A stretch of DNA of 63,988 nucleotides, counting the filler, from Dimargaris cristalligena (lineage: Eukaryota), in NCBI GenBank assembly GCA_003614675.1. It is 6 parts of 6 records of this genome, joined end to end, with 100 filler letters (N's around TTAATTAATTAA, not from the genome) between each part and the next. Parts side by side here need not be neighbours in the genome. Positions count along the whole stretch, not along the records: positions 1 to 10,719 come from ML003161.1; positions 10,820 to 21,528 come from ML003162.1; 4 more parts are not named here. One strand, given 5' to 3'. Shown here piece by piece: positions 1-11,130 of the stretch. The translations under genes were made by a program, and so were the position numbers. A model generated the notes under the pieces. That model was not told where the DNA came from. It saw only the letters and a program-made list of their open reading frames with translations, and made no database searches. Each line of letters starts with the position of its first letter. Position 1 is the first letter of the stretch.

Positions 1-551
1 AGTTTCTATACACTAGCTGCAAGATTATATATAAAAGAAAGTTTAGGTTTATTGTAATTAAATTTAGTGTAGGAATAATCCTTCAAAAAATAGTAGAAAA
101 TAGCTTAAAAGTATTAGAAAATAGTGGAAAATAGTTAAAGAAAGCCAATTTTCTGCTAGTCTGGTTGCCAGACATCAATTTACATAGTATAGTTTTTTTT
201 TTTGGTTTTTCTGAGTTATTATTCATAGATTTATTATAGGTCTTATGATTAATCACAGGGTCAGTGATCATTTTTCCCTCATTTTAAGAAAAAGTCCTAT
301 CAATGTACCTATCTTCCATTTTAATAAAAAAATAGTACTGCTACATCATTTGGAACTTTCATCTAAATCGTTATATAGTTACATTGAACTTCACCCATAT
401 AGTAAAGGCTAGAATATAGTCCCAAGTATAGGATGAGCCAATCATAGAGATGGAATCAGTGGGATGGGGGAAATGAATTTCCAACATAATTTACTTATTG
501 TTTTGGCCTTCTTACCTACCCTTCCCCATCCCCACTTCCTGACTAATCACC

Positions 552-1020
552 ATGTCTAAACTCTATGTTGGAAACCTGGCCTTAAGTACCACTGATGACA
601 CACTCCACCAAACCTTTGTGTGGTTTGGTATGGTTGTCGAAGCTATGGTTGTGAGAGGCCATGGTATGGGTAAGTGCATTGTAGAATAATTTAAGACATA
701 CTCTACTAACCATGGCTATTTTGGTTCTTACCAAAAATTCATCATACCCATACAATGTCCTATTGTACTGTAAATGAACCTCTCATTTTGCTTGGAATGG
801 TACCATTTCTTCTTTTTCTTCTTCTATCCACAGGTTGCAGCTGTGGCTTTGGTTTCATAACTTATAGTAGTGTGGAGGAAGCCAATAGTGCCATGACTGT
901 TCTTAACAAGATGGAACTGGAAGGCAAAATAATTAAGGCCAGCCATGTCAGTGATCATGGTCAATAAACTGGCAGCCATTGAAACAGAGGCTACATGGGG
1001 GGTTACAGCAACTACTGCCT
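552..1020 (+). pseudogene. Hypermutated glycine-rich RNA-binding (single RRM) gene
   Basis: Exon 552-669 reads MSKLYVGNLALSTTDDTLHQTFVWFGMVVEAMVVRGHGMG (RNP2 LYVGNL). GT-AG intron 670-833. Exon 2 reads GCSCGFGFITYSSVEEA (RNP1, normally GRSRGFGF). The G/Y-rich tail is interrupted by TAA (965-967) and TGA. Substitutions are CpG-type (R>C, R>H, R>W, T>M, A>V relative to family consensus). Confidence 0.85.
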
Positions 1021-1795
1021 AGGTGCATCTGATTGGGAGGCTTGCTTACGTCAGCAAGAGGGAGGATACCTGGTTATTACATTCTTACACTTTAAAACCT
1101 AACCAGTCACAGTTTGGCACCAGTAATGTGACTGAAATGCCAAGGTCAAATCTATTGTAATGACATTCTGGCCCCATGTCTCTAATCCAATTTTTCCCCT
1201 ACCACCCACTTTTGAGTGACTGCATTCAATGCAACTATTTACACAGCCATGTCTCACTGGAAGGCTGGTCATGTTTGTGGTATAGACCCTAGCCCATGCT
1301 TTTCTTGTTCCCCTACTTCTCACAGTATTATTGAATCGTGTATTTGGGCATACTGTTCTCTCTATCCTTTGGCAGCATATTCAATACCTGCTCTTGTTTC
1401 ACATTTTCTCTATAAAACCAGAATCTAATGGTGGATTTTATAGATATATGATAATTATTGCCTTGTAGAAAATGCCCCATTGTGGAAATATTTGATTAAT
1501 CTCCATGAATCAGATGGTTTAGAGGTTAGCAAATTAGTCGGAATTCAACGAAATTGCTCACAGGCGGCCCTTAGCACTTAATCGAGCAGCTGGGTATCGT
1601 GGTGCATCGCAGGTAGTAGTGTTGACCTCCACCTGGCCGAAGATTTGAATCAAAAAAGCAATTACAATATCCCCAATCACCGCCAATGAACGTATATTGT
1701 CAGAATTAGCCATGGAATAGGGATATCTGGTATTCGTTTATTCATTTTTCATTAATTGGAAGGCATAGCCGGAGATTACTTCGGACACTATCAAA

Positions 1796-4096
1796 TTACT
1801 CGGATGGCCTCATTATAGGGAAGGTCAGCGTCTCCCGCAAATGTTTGACGTTGGTCAGGATGGCGCAAAGGCGATCGATACCCATGCCCCAGCCGCCGGT
1901 AGGGGGGAGTCCGTATTCCAAGGACTGGCAGAACCCCTCATCTAAATTATGGGCTTCTTCATCTCCCACCGCTCGATCCTTTAAATGTGACCGGATGAAG
2001 ATGGCATAAAACAAAAAATTAGCAATGCGGCAATAAGAGTGAGAGCAGGTGATCGTGAGATGCTTGTCAGAAAGTAACGGACTACACAGCAGTATCGCAA
2101 ATTTGCTGACACCTCCAGTCTTGGCTAAAAAGCAAGAGCTCACAAGTTGTATCAGCTGGCAGTTGCAATAGTCTAAAAATCCGGCGTAAAAGGGAGGATT
2201 GAGCAACTTACCTTAAGCTGTTGAGCGAACCGGGCCCGTTGATCTTCGGGATCATTCAATTCCTCGTAGGCATTGACAATTTCCTTTCCTAGCATAAACA
2301 GTTCAAATCTTTGTGTCACAGAGGTATCCTTATCGTTGGATTTGGCCAATGGGCTCATTATTTTAGGGTGGCCATAGAGGAATGTGGGCTGGATACAGTT
2401 AGGTTCCAGATAATGCCCGATCAACGTATCTAGTACTCGGGGTAAAGTAACAGGGGAGCATAGACGAATCCGGTGGCGCTGGCAGATTTGGGTAAGGGCA
2501 GCCAACGCGAAATCTATTTGGTGTAGTTCGACAAAGCAGGTTAAAGATCAAGATGGTTGTGGAGGTAAGCATATAGACCCAGTAGTTGCAGCATTAGAAA
2601 ACCCATTACTGCATTAGTGGCCCACCCATAGGAGGAGAGGGGGGTGTATCGGCTGGCTTCGTTCCCTAAATCTACTGGAAGGCCTTTGCTATATTAAAGA
2701 ATGATATTCCCAACGACTATAAATGTCCGATGGTAAAAACAGATCTAGTAAGAGTAAGCGACTACGCTGCTATCTGACCCAGCAGTAGCGTTGATGCTTG
2801 GTTACCGATTCGTGTCGAAGACAAGTATAGACTGGATTACAACTTACCGGGATCGTCAAGGTTGGGCAACGACTCGCCCAGTTTACGCTCTAGCTCCTCC
2901 ATGACGTGGATCCGTTTAAACGGTGGTTTGAAATCGAGCAACACTGGCTCGGTTCCCGCGGCCGAATAAGTCACCTGGGCCGATCCCGTTACAGCCACAG
3001 CGATTTCGCGCAGCAATTCCTCGGTGGTCTTAATGAGACCTTCCATATTCGTGTACGCTTGGTAAAACTCAATGGTGGTAAATTCCGGGTTATGGTCGGC
3101 ATCGATACCTTCGTTGCGGAACTGTTTACCGATTTCGAAGACCCGGTCCAAACCACCAATGACCAGCCGTTTTAGGAACAATTCCGGGGCCACCCGCAGT
3201 TGGAGGGGCAGATCGCTGAGGGCGTGGGCTTCGGTGCGGAACGGACGCGCGTTGGCCCCTCCGGCCTGGGGCCATAAGATTGGCGTTTCCACCTCGGTAA
3301 ACCCCCGCTGATCGAAATATTGACGTAAAGTCCGGATGAGTAAGGCCCGTTGCCGTAATAGCTGGCGGGTGTCCGGATTAAGCAGCATATCGAGGTAGCG
3401 CTGCCGGTAGCGGCGGTCGTAGTTACGCAGTCCCGTTCGGAAGGGCAAGTCATGGAGGCAGGGGGATAGCAGTCGAAGGGGCTGGGTCACAAAGAGACTG
3501 AGTTCACCGGTTTTGGTTTTACCTACATAGCCCCGCGCCTGGATAATGTCCCCTTTGCGGAATAATTTATGGTGGCGGCCGAATTCAGGGGAGCCGGTTG
3601 GTTCAAGAGGGCCTCGGGACATATCCACGGTGGCCTTGGAAAGCACTAATTGGAGGTGCTGATTGTTTTCGAGAAGCTCAATGAAAATAAGTTTAGAGCT
3701 GGCTTCCCGTCGGCTAATGACCCGGCCATTGACCATAAAATCAGTATCCTTGCGTCGATTGCCCGGTTCAAGATGGTCATGAAATTGCGTATGGAGGACC
3801 GATATGGGTGTATGAGCAGTCGGCAGTTCAGTCGGTGCATCGGGAAAACAGGGGTATAGGGGTAGGCCACTTTGGTGGAGCTCGGCCAGACGCTGTCGTT
3901 TATGCTCCAAGTCGACGTTTTCGGCCGGAAGCTCGGCCAGGCCTTCTTCAGGTTTGCTACTGACAGACGGCTTGGTTGTATACATCCGGGGGACTGGCTG
4001 TGGTGGGTTTCGGGCAGCGTTAGTGCGACCGGAGGACACGGCAATTTGCCGACCGAGGGTCCGAAGCCGAAGTGACCGGATAATGAGAGAGGCCAT
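1796..4096 (-). CDS. MSK1: Lysyl-tRNA synthetase class II, probably mitochondrial (3 exons: 4096-2848, 2513-2212, 1978-1796)
   Basis: OB-fold (GKTKTGELS), GGANARPF, motif 2 [15 protein letters not shown] and motif 3 [16 protein letters not shown]. Arg/Ser-rich N-terminus ([17 protein letters not shown]) resembles a mitochondrial presequence. GT-AG introns keep the frame. Confidence 0.93.
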
Positions 4097-4521
4097 GGGG
4101 GTATTGGATTCAAGGAGCAACGAACGAAACGAATCAAATAAATGCAAGCGCTGGTAAGTGAGGGTTCGGGTGACGAGCTCAATCCACAAAGATGTTTAAT
4201 ACTAAATGAAAGTTAGTCCGAAGTACTATTAGTACCCAAAGGAGCTGGGGCATGTCCATAAAGTGAAGGAGGAGGAGGTCTCACTATGTACTAGTCTGAT
4301 CAGAATAACGTGAACCATTCCTTTATAGGAATCCCGCCGCCTTGACAATTTGGCCTTCTTAGTGTTATAACCCCGCCTTGTCCGCTACGTTGACTCCAGC
4401 TGCTTGTTTTGTCCCCATTGCCCCAATTTGTGAAACGAGTGGATGCCTTTATAGCCTTTCACAAACGTTAACCTTTCTACTTGTCTTTTGCTACCTTGAG
4501 CCCCACTTCCCCCTTAGCGAT

Positions 4522-6677
4522 ATGGCAGTCCTACACAACGCCACCAACTTATACTTCGCTCCGGAGCCTCAGTCAGCCTCCCCGCCGGTTCCTTTATACC
4601 ACTCCCTACCTGAGGGTCAAGCCCGTATTTCCGATACTCAAGGGGTGGTACGCCTAAGTCACCGCCAAGGGACCTATTCTGATTCAGCCAGCGCCACTAC
4701 CTCGCCCGCCGATACGACCATTGGACTTACCTGGCCTACCCTACTTGAGACCATCGAATGGACCCTTAGCGATGGCTATCGCCAACTGCTAAACTCCAAC
4801 ACTGTTTTGCCCAAGAGTGCCTGGTTTAGTCGTTGGGTGGCTCAACCCGGTCTTCATCTTCGCCTAACCCTTAACTCCGAAAACCCCGCTCGTACGCTGG
4901 ACCGGCTTATACTTAACGAAGTGCTTGGTTTTGTCGGACACCATACTGGCCTCCCGATTACCGATTTTCAACCTAGACCAGGTGTCGTAGTTGATGAGTT
5001 CATACAGAAAGCCGGTCAATTAGTCACCAACCCCGATGCCTGGATTACGCTTGGGGATGACACCCTCTATCTGTATGTAGACAGCTACAGGATAGCTGAC
5101 CTGTACCGCCACTGGTTGCTTGCTAGACCAGCTCCTTTAAAGGATTCCCTTTGGAACCAAGTAAGTATCTTCTTGGAGTCTGACGGTGAGGCCCAAGGGT
5201 CAGTTCGCCATGCCAGTATGGTCGCGTCCCGTTCCGACCAGGCTCTTATGAATTGGACGGCTTGGGTATGGACCGACATTATATCCGATTATGCCGTCGA
5301 ATCACCCTGTGCCCGCGAAGAATCCTCCGGGCCCCATTGTAACCGTGTTGGGATTTTTCGACTATCCGCAGCAAAATCCACTCTGGACTATCGCGGATTG
5401 GAATTGTACCGAATGGGTTCTAAATTAGAAGGTAAGCCGCCCTTTTTTACAATATCATACGACATATACATACGTGCTACACTGGTTTGTGTTGGATATT
5501 TGGTAACCGGTCATAGCGACTGGACCTAGCAATCCTGATGCCCTAAATTGAGCACCATGTACATTCCACAGCTGATTATTGCTCAAACATTATCGTATCA
5601 CTTCATTTGAGATACCTACCTGGATTATAGATCAATCGGTTCAATTTAGCGAACCATTACCCCCCGCCGAGTCGTTCCGCTTTGAGGTTGAGCCCCCAAT
5701 GTCGCTTCACCCGAATCTGGTTCTAACCTTTCATCGCCACGGTCAGGCCTCTATGCCACACCACGATTCGTCCGCGGCGGTTCAAGGTGTAATGACTGAC
5801 GATCACTTAGCCGCCGCCCCCTTAGTGATCAGTACATTGCCCCGAACTCTCTTTGCGGATCCGTATCAACTGGCGGACCACGAACCCCTCATGGGAACCT
5901 GGCAGTACTGGGGGCCAATCGAGCTCGAGTTGCCCGCCGATGTGCTGTCAAATTGGGGCAGTTTGTTGATTAACCGGCCCCGGGTGGAACGCGACCTACC
6001 GGAATTACAGAAATCGGACGACAAACGCACTAGACTCGGCAGGGTTGACATCCCCCTCCATACCCGGTATATCCTTCCGCCTAATACCGGCCTACCCCAC
6101 GCCCATAGTCACGCGGCTGCCCTGGTACACGAACCGATTGTTTTCCAACCCTTGTCCCCTAAATGTAAGCATTACATACCTAACTCGGTTTTAAGAGAAT
6201 CGGCAACCTATAGTATTGCCAACCACTAGATCGATTATGTATAACTGTATTTACCATTTTATGCCTATCTTCTGAACTACACCGCTTTCAGATTATGCAT
6301 TTGACTACCCGGATAATTTCCAGCATGTACTACTGGCCGGACATCGACCATTATTGTGGCTACCCAAAACTACGTCTTATACGGCCTATACCCTGGTTCA
6401 GCCGGCTTCAGGGGAGCCGGGCCGCCTTTTACCTAACGCGACGAGTCACTACTCCCCTACGGCCCACGTTTCCTTAATCCGCCTGGGCTGGCAGCCCTCC
6501 GATAATGCGCCGCCTACCTCTTCCAGCCTAGCCGATGGGTCGTATACGGTCAAAATACCCATCGCTGATCCGAGCCACGGGGCTTTGTTGAACTTTGTGA
6601 CCCAGAATATCGTATTTTGGACATTTTTGATTGTCGCCATCAAAATTTGGCGGCTTAATAACTCAAACGGACTATGA
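4522..6677 (+). CDS. PBN1: PIG-X/Pbn1-like GPI-mannosyltransferase I subunit (exons 4522-5431, 5631-6164, 6292-6677)
   Basis: Motifs SLHPNL, LPRTLFADPYQL, ELELPA and IPLHTRY resemble the PIG-X family. Single C-terminal TM helix. Splice phases join the three ORFs. Confidence 0.75.
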
Positions 6678-7322
6678 GTGCTAGGTCACATCCAATCGCA
6701 TATATATAATGATCCAACTACATTTCCCTATTATATTATAAAGTCGCTCACACTTTCCATGAATACAATTTTGATACCTATTCTTGGACCGTTCCTTAAC
6801 TTTCGATTAACCGTCACTAAGATACCACTGCAAAGCAACCTTGAGTATACCAGAGATACATTATTTAATTTAGGGAATAGGGCATATCGGCTTCGTCTTT
6901 TTATGTATACGCTCCATCGAATGAATGGTAGAGGTCGTTAGTGAATATTGTCTGGCACACTAGTCGGTTGTTGGTTAGTGCGACCCTAAGAATATGGAAA
7001 CCGTCAATGGAATAAGATTGCCATAACCAACGCATAGCCTACCGATGCAGATTCAATACTACGTTTACTACTGGCCAGCAACCAATCTTGCAAATCTATA
7101 TTGTAAATTTATTGTTTATTATCTAAACTTTACTATCATTGGGAAATGGATAACTGGATGAAACCGAACATTACTAGAGCCTGCAGCTGAGTAGCTCAGC
7201 TTCGAGATGTAAGTTGTATAGATTTGATAAGCGGTCAAAAGTGTAGGCATGCCAAAGAGAAATGGTACAGTGACGGGTAGACATGGCTAATGGGTCGAAG
7301 GATTTATTGGTATGGGGGGAAA

Positions 7323-7610
7323 CTATTGGTTGTCCCATTTGTCTATACCGGCCTCGGCCTTCGCTTCCTTTGCGTCCTTTCTTTTCTTTCGTTCTTCGGG
7401 AGTTTCATTGAGCCTGGTACTGATGTGTTCTTTCCAGGCATCGTACACGTAAACCGCCTTGGGAATGTGCTTGGAGAGCCAATTCCGGGTTTTTTGACGT
7501 GTTTCACCAGTCGGGGCGGCCTGGACTTGTTGCATTCGACCGGTTGAGGTTAGTACGACTGCAGAGGCCAGGGCCAGAAGAGCTATGTGGTGACCGAAAA
7601 AACGAACCAT
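7323..7610 (-). CDS. Small secreted basic protein of unknown function (95 aa)
   Basis: Hydrophobic signal-like N-terminus (IALLALASAVVL...AAP), charged mature part with RKKRK, TATA-like TATAAAAA on the minus strand near 7880. Confidence 0.6.
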   Translation of the reverse strand: MVRFFGHHIALLALASAVVLTSTGRMQQVQAAPTGETRQKTRNWLSKHIPKAVYVYDAWKEHISTRLNETPEERKKRKDAKEAKAEAGIDKWDNQ

Positions 7611-8438
7611 GATTATGCAGTGCCGGTGGCGGTGGTGTCGGTAGAAATTTGAGCACAGGGGGGAGCGAAACTGGGCAACTTTGGAGTTTTAAAATGAAAA
7701 TATAGGTGGTAGGATTGGTGCGAAGAGGGGTAGAGTAGTCAATAGGCGGGCGGACTAGTTCGGCGGCTACTTGGTATCGGGTCCGGCGGTTGGGTTGGAT
7801 GGTAAAGAAAACTGTGAATGTCTAATTATTATTATGATTTGGCAATGCAGGTCGGGGAAGCGGATATGGACACCTTTTTATATCAACTAGCCTTTCGGAC
7901 AAGACCTTGAACAAAAGCTATGATGTCATGCCGCCAATCAACGTACCCTTGAGATTCCGTAGTCCAGGCGGGCTGTCTGGTGCATCTCTTTTTGGGTTCT
8001 GTACTAAAACTATAGCGGCGAAGTGTACGTACTACACTGTGAGTAGCCGGAGGTGGCACAGGGAAAGTTTAGAATACCCACCCTCTCCCCCTCTAGAATT
8101 ACGCTTGACGGGTACACTTGTGTATTTTCGAAGATTCGCTTGAATAGAAAGGATTAATGTTTAGCTTGATGCTAGGGTGAAATACCCATTCCCTTAGGCT
8201 AACGGATGGGCTAACTAGCTGGTATGGGCTCGTATTTTTGAATAGTGGATTGGCTATTACCAAGTGGTACTTGTGAAAGGAAAGAGTCCATGGGGGGCCC
8301 TACGCTTGGGACAGTCCGTGTGGGGATACATGGGTAGCACAATAGAGAAAGGAAAAATGACACCGGCCCTTGAAAAATTGGCCATTATTCACCTTAAGGA
8401 CTCTAGCCGGTTGACTTTCTAGGTTGGAAGCTGTATTC

Positions 8439-8582
8439 ATATGGGAGAAGTTCATCCAAGCTGTATAACGAAAAATTCATTAGATTCGGCCAATATTACT
8501 AGTTAAAAATACATTTCCCATATATTTTCCCATACACGTATAATGTAAACCCTTATATAGCTGGGCCGAATTTTACCCATAT
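8439..8582 (-). mobile_element. ~145-bp inverted-repeat (MITE-like) element, copy A, reverse orientation
   Basis: Reverse complement matches the copies at 23223 and 52121. Ends ATATGGG...CCCATAT. Confidence 0.8.
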
Positions 8583-8870
8583 TCTACAAATCTAGTAGTT
8601 AATAACGGCTGCCAGGTCTGAGGTCCCGGACTTTAGAAGTAAAGCAGGGACTTCAGTCAAATGGCCCACAATAATACGTTTATCGAAATTGATAAAACGT
8701 TGTAACGTTCAAAATTAAGCGGCCGTTCACATGATCTAACCAAAACCTCCTGTCCAATTATCTAGATTCTTCTAATGGAAAAACATACCATAGCCATTGT
8801 GTACGTGTTTCGCTTAATTCGAAGTTTCGGAGGTCTTTAAATGCAAATCAGCCAACAATAAAAGACTTAG

Positions 8871-9087
8871 TGTAACTATCCCACTGTGCCTAGTCCAAGC
8901 CCCCTCTCTCACTCTCTGCCTTGGTGCGACCTACGCCAACTCTCTCCTATTCCAATTAGAACGGGGACCATTGGGCACTCTTGTATTCGGCTATTTTATT
9001 ATATTCATAATTCCCTCTCACTCCCTGACCTTGTACAATTGGGCCATATCCAGTGCTTGCTTGGCCATGGTATCGGGTATAGTTGTA
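8871..9087. repeat. Possible short solo-LTR or TIR relic
   Basis: Starts TGTAACTATCCC and ends GGGTATAGTTGTA (degenerate inverted termini). No TSD and no second copy in the window. Confidence 0.25.
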
Positions 9088-9430
9088 ATGGGCAATTATA
9101 CCAACTCAGTCCAATTTAGCTGAGTTCGATTGTGAAAAAAAATAGCATGTTAGGGAAGGGTGATTTTAATGGGTATTCAAAATCAAGGAAAAAGGTGAGC
9201 CTAGTCATAATACGCAAAACATTTCCTAATAGAATATCAATTCGAACTGTGGACTTTAACTTAAAGGATTGGACTGCTATGTCAAAAGAATCAATTTCGT
9301 CGAATATTATCGTGTGAGTTAGTTTGCAATGGTCGACGACGGTATAACCAATATATGTGTGGCCATAATGTATCGATTCATTTAAAAAATAGAGCAAAAG
9401 GTAGGCCCTAGTGTATACTATTAAAGGATA

Positions 9431-9805
9431 TGTAAATACTATAACACCATGGGGTACCCGGCGCCAGTCAGATAATATATTCAGCCGGACATTCGGTCAG
9501 GCCACCGATGGTTTCCACTCCGCCCTTATCCACAACACATCCTAGAGATTCTACAAGGATACTAACGGGCCCGACCAGGCCGTACGAATAACACAGACCA
9601 TACAGGGGGCCCTACTCGAGTCTATATGCACCTAACCGATTCTTGAATTATCCTAGTATAGAAGGAACGGCTGGCCAACCCAAACACGAGTCCTCAGGCG
9701 ACTATCCCTCCCACTCGACCTCCCTCGTTTTTGTAATCGCTATTTTAATCATCGTGCCCTGTAAGGGCTATTTTTAATGAAACAGACCTTCCAAAGTTAT
9801 CTACA
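9431..9805 (+). repeat. Possible solo LTR
   Basis: TGTAAATACT...AGTTATCTACA inverted TG..CA termini, internal TATA-like TAGTATAGAAG and AATGAAA near the 3' end. No TSD seen. Confidence 0.3.
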
Positions 9806-10719
9806 CTCGCTCATACTCGTAATTAATAGGGTAAAGTAGAACAGGCGTGAATTTGCAGTAGTGGGGGGAAGTGCAAATATGGGAGAGGTTCAACTAGGCT
9901 GGCTGGTCAGAGTGAAATCAAAGGATTTTATATTACTGCCTCATGAGCTGCGGGACTGTATTACCATTTCACAAATTGTTGGGTTTTTTTTAAAAAATGA
10001 GAATAGGCATCACATTCATAATTAGCAGCCACTGTCACCAGCGTCAAGTTAAAATTATGGCCATTCCCAATGGATAGAGTGACCACCTGCCTAAGGGAAT
10101 TAATTAGTTCTATAAAAGTACACATAATAAGTGCAGATGAAAAGAAAGATGTGGCCAACCACAAAATATCATATAACCCTCCATTTGATATCAATAGGTC
10201 TTCTTGTCAACTTTCTATTATCTCCCCCTTGCCTCTTCCCTTATTTTAGCAGCACTTTCTAACTGGGCATTTGGTCCAGGTGTATCTCCTACATGCCAGC
10301 TATCCTGTATTGATCCCAATAGCCTTTGCTATCTTTAAGCAATTTTAGGTAATTCACACCATATTGTGGTAACTCAGGACTGGTGATTTTTCTCTTAATC
10401 AATTATTTCCTTGTATATTTACCCTCCTTAAGTATCCTCAACATGGTGCCATTCCCTACTTATTTGGCCACCATGGCATTAGTCTGGCTCTTGGCTACTG
10501 AAAAGGGTTTCAGGTTTCCCCCATTTAACCCAAATACCACCAAAAACCACTTCATAGACCTGAGCCAATCATCTTATTCTTTTACTGGCCCCATGGCCAG
10601 CTGTAAAGAACTGAACTTAAATCCTTGAAAACTGAACTTTATTTGAAAAGATAGGTAATAAAAGGGAAAGGTGATGATAGACTTGCTGTTCCAAGAGGTG
10701 GCAGCAAGGGGGAGTATTT

Positions 10720-10819
10720 NNNNNNNNNNNNNNNNNNNNNNNNNNNNNNNNNNNNNNNNNNNNTTAATTAATTAANNNNNNNNNNNNNNNNNNNNNNNNN
10801 NNNNNNNNNNNNNNNNNNN
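10720..10819. other. Artificial contig linker (N44-TTAATTAATTAA-N44)
   Basis: 100-nt spacer with all-frame stop cassette; identical at five positions. Confidence 0.98.
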
Positions 10820-11130
10820 ATATACAGGGATAACTTTAGAGGGAGGTCCCAAGGGGAGGATATTACTAAGACTAAAGTAGAGGTAAATAAGCCAACTGGA
10901 CAGTTATGGGTATCCCAAAGACTCAGATGGTAAGTAAAAGAGTCTGATAGATCAGTGCTGGAGTAAATAGTGTAAATAAGTAGAGTCAAAAAGGTGAATA
11001 ATTATATAATAATGATAATCCTATAGTACTGGGTGTGGCTATGGGAAAGCTACTATGGCACTATAAGGCCTAATATAGTTAGATGTTGAATCTGGCTAGA
11101 TTAAGGAGTATTAGATAGTCTAATATATAT
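10820..11130 (-). mobile_element. Hypermutated LTR-like repeat, truncated at contig start; homologous to ~30378-30690
   Basis: TATACAGGGATAACTTTAGAGGGAGGTCCCAAGGGG...CTATAAGGCCTAATA aligns with TATGCAGGGAAAACTCCAGAGGGAGGCCCTAAGGG...CTATAAGGCCTAATA. Differences look largely like transitions. No CpG seen. Confidence 0.7.

Noticed and set aside
10764..10775. Recurrent TTAATTAATTAA palindrome at ~10.8-kb spacing as a biological repeat
   Set aside because: Always embedded in N runs of identical length; it is an assembly linker.
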